64,000 nucleotides of DNA from Hormiphora californensis (taxonomy: Eukaryota; Animalia; Ctenophora). The notes beneath the pieces are model-generated. The model ran no database searches and was not told the origin of the DNA. It was given only the letters and a program-made list of their open reading frames with translations. Of this stretch, positions 51,911-63,123 are shown in pieces (positions within the stretch are counted from its first letter, which is position 1; the number at the start of each line of letters is the position of its first letter). The position numbers and the translations under genes are program-made. The stretch covers positions 5,704,001 through 5,768,000 of the forward strand of contig CM035358.1 of assembly GCA_020137815.1 (NCBI GenBank). The letters run 5' to 3'.

Positions 51911-54714
51911 TCAGCTCTCTAACAAGTTGTTATCCCTGAACAGCTCAAAGAACTCTCCACATCGGGCAGTAATCTTGGTATTTGTAACGTGGTCAGCACG
52001 AGTTGTCCCAATATTCAGGATTGCTATCTCCTTGTTTCTCTTTTTAGAGTCCAGAATGAACCGATAACCTGTGAGAATGGGTTGTTCATTTAAAAACAGG
52101 ATAATACATGTAAAGTCGGATAGAGGCGGGAATCGTGTCGTTTTTAAAAAATTTTTCACCGCAAACTCGTTATTCATTGACCCACACTGTCGACAGCTGT
52201 CGTACCTGACATGACGTGAAGAGAGGAGCCTGCAACAAGAATCCTATCAGCAGCTCTGACTCTCTCATAGCAGAATTCAACTTTCTCTGAACCGACGTTG
52301 GCGCCAAAAAATACCACCTGAATAATATTGGAAGTGGAGAAAATATCCAAAAAAAGATAACACCATAGGGAAATTTATAAATTTATTCATTAATTCCCCG
52401 CGGGGATCATATATCATGTACCTGTGGCTTCAATAGATCACTACCACAGTCAGGACAAAGGGGCGTGTTGAATGATCGGATCAGTTCCGTATCTATCTCT
52501 GCATCAGCATCAGGAGTGACGTTGATTATCTCAGCTAACAAACTCACTGTTGTACGATTGTATGTAACCCTGCAAGAGGTTATATCAATACGACTGTAAC
52601 CATGCAAGAGTTTGGTATGTGCATTATTTGGGCATGCATTGAGAGATCTGATAAAGTACCTACCTGGAAACTCTCCCTGTGTGTGACGTAATTACCTGGA
52701 AACTGTCCCTGTGTGTGACGTAATTACCTGGAACTCTCCCTGTCTGTGACGTAATTACCTGGAAACTCTCCCTATCTGTGACGTAATTACCTGAAAACTC
52801 TCCCTGTCTGTGACGTAACTACCTGGAAACTCTCCCTGTCTGTGGCGTAATTACCTAGAAACTGTCCCTGTATGTGACGTAATTACCTGGAAACTCTCCC
52901 TGTCTGTGACGTAATTACCTGGAAACTCTCCCTGTCTGTGACGTAATTACCTGGAAACTGTCCCTGTCTGTGACGTAATTACCTGGAAACTCTCTCTGTC
53001 TGTGACGTAATTACACCTCTGACACGTCACGATGTTTGTGGTCCCGTGTAGCTCCGTCACTTTAGTACTCCCCGCCTTTTGGTGCAGCCTGTCCACGTTT
53101 TGTGTTATCACCCAATCAACCTGATCAAGGATAAAATGACAGTTTTAATTTAGTTGAGTCGCCTGTTGGCTACGAAGTCACCACTATTGTCCAGTACAGT
53201 CTACAGACTACAGTGATATGATCAGGTTAAAACCTACCATATTATGTTTTTCCATTGCAGCCAGGACAGAGTGGGATATGTTAGGCTTCTTCTCAATAAA
53301 AACCGGAAATCCGACAAAGTTTCTTGCCCAATACCTAAAAAGTATTGATTAATTAACCAACAATTAATTATTACAGATACAACCAAATAACACAACTTCT
53401 CTTCCCACATGATCGCATCACAAAACTTAGAATTAAGCTCACTCTCCCGCCTACTCACTGCACTAATACAGTCAGACCCAGATTCACCGGAACCCCGATT
53501 TACTGAAGTATTAGCTTCCCCGGCCCCGATATAGGAAATCAACGGTATTTGACCCCTATTTACCGTGAACCCCCCCCCCCCCCCATTTACTGGACAAACC
53601 CCTTTTCCCCCGACTGTTGGTGACGCAGTCACCCTTATAACTCGCGCGCGTAGCGCGCGAAAACGAAGCCCGCGAAGCGGGCTGAGAGGTGATGGCATCA
53701 CCAACCCTGACTGTAAATCCGACTGTAAATCCGACTGTATAATAACTAACACACCTCTGTCTAGCTTTTGCATCCGTCATGAACTCCATATGTTGGATGG
53801 GCCTGTGTTTAGTTCTGTCGTAGAGGCCAACACCTTCACTCCTATAGTCCGGTATACCTGGAACAATGATAAGTCACAGGAACCGAATCAGGTAATACTG
53901 GTCCCTGATTGGCTGATAACCAATCACGTGACCTAAATAACAAGTTCTGATTGGTTGTGTCATAGAGGCCAACGCCTTCACTTCTGTAATCCGGTATACC
54001 TGGAACAATTCCTGTCATAATTCATATTCTATGATTGTGAAACATACGCTCCAGTTACAAATTGGAAACTGGCATCAGGTTGGAAACTGACATCAGTTTC
54101 TAGCTGAGAGACTCCTGATGAGCCATGCTGCACACGTCAATTTATGTGATCACGAGATCGATATGTATATCGTTAACCAACCTGATTCAGTAGATAGTCC
54201 AGCCCCCGTTAACCAACCTGATTCAGTGGATAGTCCAGCCCCCGTTAACCAACCTGATTCAGTAGATAGTCCAGCCCCCGTTAACCAACCTGATTCAGTA
54301 GATAGTCCAGCCCCCGTTAACCAACCTGATTCAGTAGATAGTCCAGCCCCCGTTAACCAACCTGATTCAGTAGGATAGTCCAGCCCCCGTTAACCAACCT
54401 GATTCAGTAGATAGTCCAGCCCCCGTTAACCAACCTGATTCAGTAGATAGTCCAGCCCCCGTTAACCAACCTGATTCAGTAGATAGTCCAGCCCCCGTTA
54501 ACCAACCTGATTCAGTAGATAGTCCAGCCCCCGTTAACCAACCTGATTCAGTAGATAGTCCAGCCCCCGTTAACCAACCTGATTCAGTAGATAGTCCAGC
54601 CCCTGTTAACACCACCAAACTCTTTGCCTCAGTTATAAATCTCTCCAGCTGATCGTATTGGTAGGTTGTGAGTGCGGTGTGTCTTGGAACACATTTCTGG
54701 AGAATCCTAACCAT
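51911..54714 (-). CDS. SIRT4: SIRT4-like (class II) NAD-dependent sirtuin, 7 exons; apparent +1 frameshift in exon 5 as assembled
   Basis: Exons 54714-54579, 53857-53755, 53334-53238, 53120-52983, 52569-52422, 52317-52206, 52068-51911 (892 nt = 3n+1). [47 protein letters not shown], two CxxC pairs, LKP-VVFFG, GSSL.V.SGYRF, ILNIG.TRAD. Confidence 0.9.
52662..53014 (-). repeat. Ten extra tandem copies of the last 32 nt of SIRT4 exon 4, each junction forming a CAG|GT donor
   Basis: Unit GTAATTACGTCACAGACAGGGAGAGTTTCCAG; the distal copy ends in CAG|GTAGGT. Confidence 0.92.
53468..53739. mobile_element. TA-flanked CAGTC...GACTG MITE (pogo/Tc1-type); related piece at ~34958-35640
   Basis: TA|CAGTCAGACC...GACTG|TA ends with the GAACCCCGATTTA motif shared with 34958. 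Confidence 0.55.
53877..53958. mobile_element. hAT-type MITE (copy 7, truncated)
   Basis: CAGGAACCGA...GGTCCCTGATTGGCTGATAACC...GATTGGTTG; lies between two copies of the start of SIRT4 exon 2. Confidence 0.8.
54171..54610 (-). repeat. Eleven extra tandem 36-bp copies of the SIRT4 exon 1 end plus donor (encoding [12 protein letters not shown])
   Basis: Unit GTTGGTTAACGGGGGCTGGACTATCTACTGAATCAG. Confidence 0.93.
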
Positions 54715-55611
54715 GACCACAGTTGTTTAAGAGCTGGTGATGAGTATCCTTAAATCAGTTCATAGTTCTTCCTAAATGGTTAGATTATACCGTTTATATT
54801 GGTGCGATCAAAATGTTTGTGTACATGGGGTGGGGTAAACTATCTCTCTATCAATCTCTCCCCATCTCTCTATCAATCTCTCCCCATCTCTCTATCAATC
54901 TCTCCCCATCTCTCTATCAATCTCTCCCCATCTCTCTATCATTCTCTATCTGTATTAAAAGGAAGCTAATATCCGGGTACTAAAACCAACACACTCTTTG
55001 CATGTAGCGTACTAACACCTCAATATACAGGTAGGTATTACTAGCAGCAGCAGCTCGTGTACTAAAATGATTGTACAGGGTATACAAATCTTGGATTCTC
55101 AGCGTTGAAAAAGAGTTACGACAGCAGGATAGTGACCGTCCGCAAAGTTATTTCCCAGTCCCGCAAAGTTATTTCCCAGTTCAAACGGAAAGTTCAAACT
55201 TAGCATCACCAGGGAACAGGCTTGGTAACGAAAATACCCCTCTACAGCTGTAGAGGGCATTGCGACAGTAAGGCACGTTTTAGCGTGCCCGCAAGGTAGG
55301 GGTTATTGCGTTAACAGGAAACAGGCATGCCGCACCCCCTTATGACCAAAATTCACTTTTGTCAACAATACGTTTCTGTGCCATAATATGTCATGTAATG
55401 GCTTCTTTTGACAGATAAGGTATGGTGAGTGGTGACATGGGATCACATTGCAAAGGGAGAGCGAAAGAGCCAGTGATGCGATACCAGTGTCCACTGTCCA
55501 GTGATAGACCCTGTTTAAACCGTTTCACCAATTACATAAGAGAAATACACGGGATTTTTCAAGGTTTAAAATAACCGAAAACACATATCAATGTAAAACA
55601 AATCACACATC

Positions 55612-56223
55612 TTATCCACGGGGAGGAGGGTGTCGGAGTCCCTTTCCGAAGTTAAGCCTGGCCTGGTTACATCCGTTGTACGTAACGATGGGGTTGTTGT
55701 TCTTAGGGTTGGGACTTCCGTTAAGTGGATGCCAGCACTTGCCACTGGTCTTGTGCTGGATGGATCCGCTAGGGAGGAACCTCCACCTGGCGTGAGGCTT
55801 TCCACAGTCACGGTGAAGGACGAGGGGCTCGTTGTTACCGGTCTGGGGCTTCCTGTGGTGGGGTACAATACAAAGTCCGGAGGTAGTGTGGCGGATGGAA
55901 CCGTCGGGGAGATAACAGAATTCAAGGCGCTTTCCACCACATCCAGCGTATGTGACAATCTTGGTTCCGGGGGGAGAGTTGGGTCGACCGCCGAGAGGGT
56001 GGACACACTTGTTGCTGTGGTGCCGGATAGGGGCACAGTTGGCTGAAAATGGTAAGTGTCAGACGCTATTGAATATATACCCGACGGAAAAGACAGTAGA
56101 AAATAATTGAAAAATGTCTTGTCTTGATCAGACTCTCTCGTGCAGAGCTAATAACGGCTAAATAGAAAATCACTTACAATAAACCAGGGCGATGAGAGCC
56201 GAGAAAACAATGAAAAGCTTCAT
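55612..56223 (-). CDS. Secreted beta-trefoil (R-type / mytilectin-like) lectin, 158 aa, 2 exons
   Basis: Exon 56223-56178 (MKLFIVFSALIALVY, signal peptide, GTAAGT donor) plus exon 56042-55612 (477 nt total). Three repeats: IRHHSNKCVHPLGGRPNSPPGTKIV.Y.GC, IRHTTSGLCIVP...NNEPLVLHRDC, IQHKTSGKCWHPLNGSPNPKNNNPIVTYNGC. This frame is absent from the ORF track. Confidence 0.85.
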
Positions 56224-56370
56224 GGTGACAAAATACTAGTTTTGAAAACTGATTTTACCTCGCCTCTTCAGCTCTTTTATACCCCTTTCTGGAGACTTTT
56301 GACACCTGTTTAAATCCCATATACAGAGCTCCCCCTGGATCCTTCAAGCCACAATGTCACGTGGATTGAT

Positions 56371-56947
56371 GCTATATGTTGACACATTGACACAACTGAT
56401 CACGCCGTATAAAGAAGTGTTACTACTGAAAAGATAGACAACAGGTATCAGTGATGGAATGGTAGTGACATGGTGCCAAACCAAGCTTCGCTCTTCTTCG
56501 CGCCATACCACTGCTGACCCGATCAGTGAACCTCTGCGTCAGTCCATCCTGGAAACGTACTCCAGCTTTGTGGGCCGATTTTTTTTGAGGGGGGATGGTG
56601 TTTTTGACTTTGCACCGGATGGTCATGTCCTCAGTTCCCTGTCCCTTGGGCAGTGGATTTGGCTGCTATATGTTGACACATTGACACAACTGATCACGCC
56701 GTATAAAGAAGTGTTACTACTGAAAAGATAGACAACAGGTATCAGTGATGGAATGGTAGTGACATGGTGCCAAACCAAGCTTCGCCATACCACTGCTGAC
56801 CCGATCAGTGAACCTCTGCGTCAGTCCATCCTGGAAACGTACTCCAGCTTTGTGGGCCGATTTTTTTTGAGGGGGGATGGTGTTTTTGACTTTGCACCGG
56901 ATGGTCATGTCCTCAGTTCCCTGTCCCTTGGGCAGTGGATTTGGCTG
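56371..56947. repeat. Direct tandem duplication (~294 bp x2)
   Basis: 56371-56664 is repeated at 56665-56947 with a small deletion. Confidence 0.9.
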
Positions 56948-59305
56948 CGTGTACGGCTAATGAATACTGATGCGAGGCTCTCTTCTCCCACTATGGGGCT
57001 AAATCCAACGCCAGAGATTCTTCGTTCCCAATTCCTTCATTATGGCAACCCCACCCGTATCTCCACTCCAAATTGAACTACTTATTTGTAATCACTGAGA
57101 ACCCTTGTCTGTTGACCCGGATGCTGTTGCCGGACATTGGTTACAATTCACCTCCGTGAGCTTGCGTGGAGACTGGAGGGGTAATTTCATTATCAACGCC
57201 GGACAGATACATTGCGTACTCCCCTCGGCCTCGTGATAGGGTGCTAGGAGTGATATGGTGACCAAGAGATCATAGGGTACCTTCAATAGAGATTATATGG
57301 GTGAGGGGGGGGGTAACTGCCTTGGGATCATATTTATATTCGATGGGAGGGGATAACTGCCTAGGGAGGAGAGAAGTTGATTTTGGGCATATCAGTCATC
57401 AGATAAAACTAGGGGACTAAAAGCATTGAATAAATAACGGGGGGAGTGGGTGGGTTTGTAGTTGTTGAAATCGCCGATTTTGTAAAGTTGGGTGGAACAC
57501 TTCAACTTCAAAAACCTTCCAGCCCCCCCCCCCCCCCCCAATGATAACATACCATAACAAATTGACATAGAAAATTTTCCATAAAATTGACTTTGAAATA
57601 TTTTCCAAACTTTTTTACAAAATTTCAGAGAATGATTCTTAACACCTTGATCGGTGCTCTACATGAATTTTTTGAAAAAAAAGGTTTCTGAATTTGTTGA
57701 CCCTCTCATGAGGACACGATTCGACGGGAAGTCAGGTATCAGATCAATCCATATCTAACCCGCTAACTAGCGAAATCATTTCCACATAGCACCACCGATT
57801 CGAAATAGGGTTAATACGGCGAAATTGACATTGAAATCCATACAATTTTCGTGAAATAATTGAAACATTTTGCATGAAAAAGCCCGATTTCTGGGCATTT
57901 TTTGACCAAAAAATTCGGTGGTTCGGCCAAAATTTCCTACCGAACCGATTACCGAACCGAACCGAACCGCCCAAAAAACACCGAATTTCCGAACCGAACC
58001 GAATATTCGGTCGCTTCCTGGTACCTTGGTAACCTATGATTATGGGTAATCTGAACGCTTCTAATACATGAGACAGCGGGGTTCATGACCTAACTGGCAT
58101 GGTTGGACGCCATGCCAAAATTCTTGCTTACCAGTGGTTAGTGACCCACTAGGTCCTAACTGGTTGCATCCTTGGGGTAACCTAAATCGGCTAAATTTCA
58201 AAACGTTTTGCAAATTTGGCCCTCTGAAAATCAACAAGAATTATTCCATTATGTGTTCATAATGCAGTGTTTCCCTGCCACAAATGGATATAAAATTGAT
58301 AACTAAGCTAAAAATTGGATTTCCTAATAAATTTTGTGCTCAAACAGCAATTTTTTGGTTGTTACGATGTTAAGTAGTTGCTATGGTATCCAGGGTGGTT
58401 GATATAATGGTAACCAAAGTAGTTGCTATGGTAACCAAAGCAGTTGCTTACACCATATATTCATATTGTTACGAGATTTATAATAATATCATGGCAACCA
58501 ATACAGCTGCTTGCTGCTGCTGCTAATACTATCTAGATTTATCTGTATCTTGAGGACACTGTATGTAGAGAGTTGGTTTTAGTACCCGGATATTAGCTTC
58601 CTTCTTATACAGATAGAGAGAGATGCAGTCAAGAGGAATGTTCTTAGAGTACTATTGGTGCACACGTTGTGTCCAGGGAGAAAGATCATCTAGTACTCGT
58701 GGTATAAATCCACGTGACACTGCTGCTTGAAAAGATGCAGAGAGAGAGGGAAGTCTTCAGAAAGGATTTAGAAATCTCAGATTTTAATATCATGTATTTC
58801 GTGTTGCGTAATACATATCAAAATGTATCACGTGGAGATGATAGCAAAGACACAAAGTTATTTTACCATTGAATGGCAACATGACGTGTTGTTTTCAAAG
58901 CACGGGCACAATGTCAGGCGACTCAAAACATTTGCTTTCGTTAACAATAGGTGCCCGTGCCCTACAACGTAAGCTTTACGTCATTAAGCTGATCCTTGTG
59001 CTTAAAAGTAGGTAACGTGACATGAGTGGCACTTGGGGGGTATGACCTAAATGGTTGGACGTCAGTCATGGATTCATAATTGTTTCCTTGCCTGGAAAAA
59101 TATCATTCAACCACACGTGTGACACGCAAAACCATTCCACGCACGAGAAGAAGTCCCCGAGTGGGTTGTGCCGAAAAATGCCAAGATCCAGATACGATTT
59201 GGGTGTATGGTGGCCTGCCGCCTGTTTACAGTTGTACGCTTCCAAAAAATTTGATTCACTAATAATAATAATAATGAAAACTCGTGCAGTTGCTCGATGT
59301 CCCAT

Positions 59306-60483
59306 TAAATCAGCATTCGATTGTATTAACAGGGATTTTATCTGGGCCGCATTTCGCCATTATGGTCTTCCAGAGAAGTATGTCCGGATAATTCGAGCAT
59401 TCTTTGACGGTACTATGAGTGCAGTGAAACATGACGGGGAGCTCTCCAGCTGGTTCAGTGTCCTCAGTGGTACCGGTCAGGGCGACATTCAGGGTCCACC
59501 AGTCTTCAACATCGTGATTAACTGGGCGGCTCAGCTTGCTGAGTCCAACAAGACTGTCTCCAGGGGTCTCACTCTTCACGGCGCTGAGAGTGATGAGGAT
59601 GGTGAATGGATCATGGATCTCGACTATGCTGATGACATGGCTGTAATGGATGATACTGAGGAAGGGCTCCAGGAGTCAACAGATTTGCTGGTAAAATACG
59701 CAGGGTACGCTGGTCTGAAGATTAATGCGAAGAAGACCAAAGTTGTGGCTTTTTCAAAGGGTCTTAGCCAGCGCCCATTTTCAGAGGCGGATACGGTCAG
59801 CATCTCTGTGGAGGGTAATCCGGTTGAGCAGGTTTCCAGTTTTACCTATCTCGGATCGGCGTTGTCCTCTGACGGTACCATCGACAAGGAGCTTGGTATC
59901 AGGATAGGGAAGGCTTACAGTGCATTCAGTATGCTTTGTAGGATCTGGTACAACCGTAACATCAGGACCTGTACCAAGATCAGGATATACAGAGCTGCTG
60001 TTCTGACAGTTCTTCTCTATGGTTGTGAGGCCTGGACAACTACTCAGGTCCAAGATCGCCGGGTGGAGGCGTTCCACCAACGGTGCCTGCGTAGAATCCT
60101 GAGAATACAGTGGTTTAGGAGAGTATCTAACAGGGAGGTACTGGAGAGGGCGGGGATAGAACCAATCTCGAAGTTCATTGGCAATGGGAGACTCCGCTGG
60201 TTTGGACACCTGATTAGAATGCCTGAGGGTAGGGTGCCCAACAAACTCTACCACTGGGTGCCTAGTCATGGGAGACGTTCCAGAGGAAGACCGCGTAAAA
60301 CCTGGTCCTCCTGTGTGCTGAATGATTATCGAGACGCTACGGGTCAATCCCAGTCTCTCCGTGCAATTACTAACACTGCAGAGAACAGAAATGAGTGGAG
60401 ACAGCTCACGTCATTACGAGCGAGGATACTTGGAGCCGGCCACTCGAATGATTGAGGAGACCGTACCAAGTATCAAGTAAGTA
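59306..60483 (+). mobile_element. 5'-truncated RTE-clade LINE (C-terminal half of RT), within ORF 59055-60455
   Basis: KSAFDCINR, GTGQGDIQGPPVF, LDYADD, FTYLGS, LLYGCEAW, RLRWFGHLIRM, RSRGRPRKTW; short (CAAGTA)-like tail. The first ~84 codons of the called ORF are unrelated flank. Confidence 0.9.
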
Positions 60484-60640
60484 TCTGTACGACTAGGTGA
60501 ACCTTAGCATCGAGTACACTATCCGGGTAAATCCCCGTACCAATCATAGCTTGGTGGACTAGACGACGTGTGCTAGACCAGAATCGAACCCTGGACCTAG
60601 CGCATGGGAGGCCAGTGTGCTACCACTACACCACCCCGCC
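60484..60640 (-). mobile_element. tRNA-derived SINE (Gly-like head) with body
   Basis: Reverse complement GGGGTGGTGTAGTGGTAGCACACTGGCCTCCCATG...GGGTTCGATTCTGG has A and B boxes but a poor acceptor stem, followed by a non-tRNA body. Confidence 0.65.
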
Positions 60641-60643
60641 GAC

Positions 60644-61510
60644 AAAATGGCTCTAACTGCCAAACCACTCAACCGTTTAGGCTAATTCAAAGTTTATCTG
60701 GTAGGAAATGTCAAGGCCTAAAGTCGGATTGCACTAACTTTTCGGCAAAAAAGCCGCATATCATCGGAAAGAACATAATTTTTGAGTTCGTAAAAATTTT
60801 GTTTGATGAAATCGGTCAAGAAACAAAGGCTTGAGAGCCAAATCAAGTTTCCGGTGTGCAAATAAAAACTCGCGTGCCACCCAGGAGGGTGACAAATTCA
60901 AAAAAAATCCGACTTTAACCCCAACCCTAACCCTAACCCTACTTTAGCCCTAACCCTAAAAAGCCATTTGTCAGCTGTCAGCACTCACCAAACGCTCAGG
61001 AATTTAACGCTGGTCCACAGAAGATAATCGGGCCTGTTGGCAAATCTAAATAAAGAATTTTTTATTTAAGCGACAGGCCGCCGTGCACTCAATTAGTTAA
61101 TTGGTCATACCTCCGGCTCCTGATAAGATAAAGACTTGATCCTGGTTGCGTTGGAAAGATAAATTTTTTATCTTTCCAATGGCACCAAGAAAAAGTCGCT
61201 AGCTTATCAGTTATCAGGAACCGGAAATCGATTTCAAGCGCTGCATTTTGATGTGCGGCGGCCTGTCGCTTAAATAAAAAATTGGACTCTATAAAAAAGT
61301 TAGACGAAGTTTTCGGCCAGCGTTAAAATCTGGGTGTTTTGGGAGTGCTGACAAACGGTTTTTTAGGGTAAGGGCTAAAGTAGGGTTAGGGTTAGGGTTA
61401 GGGTTGGGGTTGGGGTTGGTGTTGGGGTTGGGGTTGGGCCTTGACATTCCCTACCATATAAACTTTGAATCAGCCAAAACGGTTGAGTGGTTTGGCGGTT
61501 AGATCCATTT
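60644..61510. mobile_element. TIR element with ~76-bp TIRs and subterminal (CCCTAA)/(TTAGGG) tracts; nested MITE at 60719-60917
   Basis: AAAATGGCTCTAACTGCC...GGCGGTTAGATCCATTTT. Confidence 0.7.
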
Positions 61511-62484
61511 TACAAGATTAAAAGATTACAAGATTAAAACAGAATTTATAATGTCAATAAAATCAACATCCGCTCATACACTATACGAGCCTGGATATGC
61601 ATAGATGGTCAACTTTTTTGGCAACTTTTTTTGGCAGCGTGCACCTGTAAAGTCCATTTTTATTCAACTGTTCACCCCTCAACTCGTGCGCGTGCGATAT
61701 TTTAGTTTACGCTGCGCGCGCTACACGTTAACATGTGATAAACGCGCAAAACAATTCCGCGCACGATTTTGGGGGGTGAACAGTTGAAAAAAATGGACAT
61801 TAAACAGGCCTCCAAACACCCAGATCGTAACTAGTGGGGAAAATACCCCCCAAAAAGGCACGTTTTTGTGACCTATTCAGGAGTGAAGAAGGGCAGCCGG
61901 CAGTTTATGAAATATGAACAGATCTGTGGAAAAAAAAATTCCAAAAAGTGTTTGTACCCGGGTCAAATGACTAATTGATAGTGCACTATCAATTAGTCAT
62001 TTGACCCGGGTACAAACACTTTTTGGAATTTTTTTTTCCACAGATCTGTTCATATTTCATAAACTGCCGGCTGCCCTTCTTCACTCCTGAATAGGTCACA
62101 AAAACGTGCCTTTTTGGGGGGTATTTTCCCCACTAGTTACGATCTGGGTGTTTGGAGGCCTGTTTACAGGTGCACGCTGCCAAAAAAAGTTGCCAAAAAA
62201 GTTGACCATCTATGCATATCCAGGCTCGTATAGTGTATGAGCGGATGTTGATTTTATTGACATTATAAATTCTGTTTTAATCTTGTAATCTTTTAATCTT
62301 GTAAAATGGATCTAACCGCCAAACCACTCAACCGTTTTGGCTGATTCAAAGTTTATATGGTAGGGAATGTCAAGGCCCAACCCCAACCCCAACACCAACC
62401 CCAACCCCAACCCTAACCCTAACCCTAACCCTACTTTAGCCCTTACCCTAAAAAACCGTTTGTCAGCACTCCCAAAACACCCAT
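61331..62484. repeat. Spacer-less palindrome, ~500-bp arms, centre 61983/61984; the left arm carries an extra ~150-bp MITE
   Basis: Arms are reverse complements around GATAGTGCACTATC; the insertion at ~61651-61804 is absent from the right arm. Confidence 0.9.
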
Positions 62485-62787
62485 AGTGGAAGCTCTTACG
62501 GTATTTCCCACGGGGCGTGGGAACGTTTTTGACCGTGGGAAAGTTTTCAAACCGTGGGAAAAGAGAGATACATACATTGGCATACGTTGCAGGCCCCTTA
62601 TATATAAATAAGGGGTGCGCGCATGAGGGGGCTGCAGCGCATTCCAAATACATACAATAACGTTAAAAAAATAATTATTTTTTTAATCTTATTGTATGTA
62701 TCTCTCTTTTCCCACGGTTTGAAAACTTTCCCACGCTCGAAAACTTTCCCACGGGGCGTGGGAATTACCGTAAGAGCTTCCACTATG
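62483..62787. mobile_element. MITE (CATAGTGGAAGCTCTTACGGTA TIR)
   Basis: Inverted 22-bp ends and mirrored internal CCCACGG motifs. Confidence 0.7.
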
Positions 62788-63123
62788 AAGCAAATTTAAA
62801 AAAAAACTTTTAATCTTGCGCGGCGTTACCCGATTGCAATACTTACTGCGCGGCGCATGTTTAGCGCGGCACTATTTTTGCCACCGATTTTTAATTTTTT
62901 TTACCGGCAGGACAAACTTCCCCCAAACGGGTTTTTACCCCCCCCCCCTCCGATAAGTTGAGCTGACTAGCCTTATTCAACAGTAGTTATACAACCATCG
63001 GACCTCTAACAAGTTGTACAAGTTGTACAAGTTGTACAAGTTGTACATATAATAGCAAAACAAGGGTTTAAATGGAAAGTTACAGCAAAATCAATAAACA
63101 GACATTGAAATAAATTACAAAAA

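Noticed and set aside
55566-56046. Mucin-like 156-aa (-) and 138-aa (+) ORFs
   Set aside because: Shadow frames of the lectin exon; the third minus frame has the signal-peptide exon in phase and family motifs.
56423-57286. Duplicated short ORFs (MVVTWCQTKLR..., MTIRCKVKN...)
   Set aside because: Result from the 294-bp duplication; no recognisable domain.
59055-59305. N-terminal extension of the 466-aa RT ORF
   Set aside because: No RT similarity; chance in-frame flank upstream of a truncated LINE.
60570-60640. Functional tRNA-Gly gene
   Set aside because: Stems pair poorly and it runs into a repeat body; better explained as a SINE head.
60918-62432. Telomere or telomere fusion from (TTAGGG)n
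   Set aside because: Short degenerate tracts located inside TIR elements and their palindromic copy.
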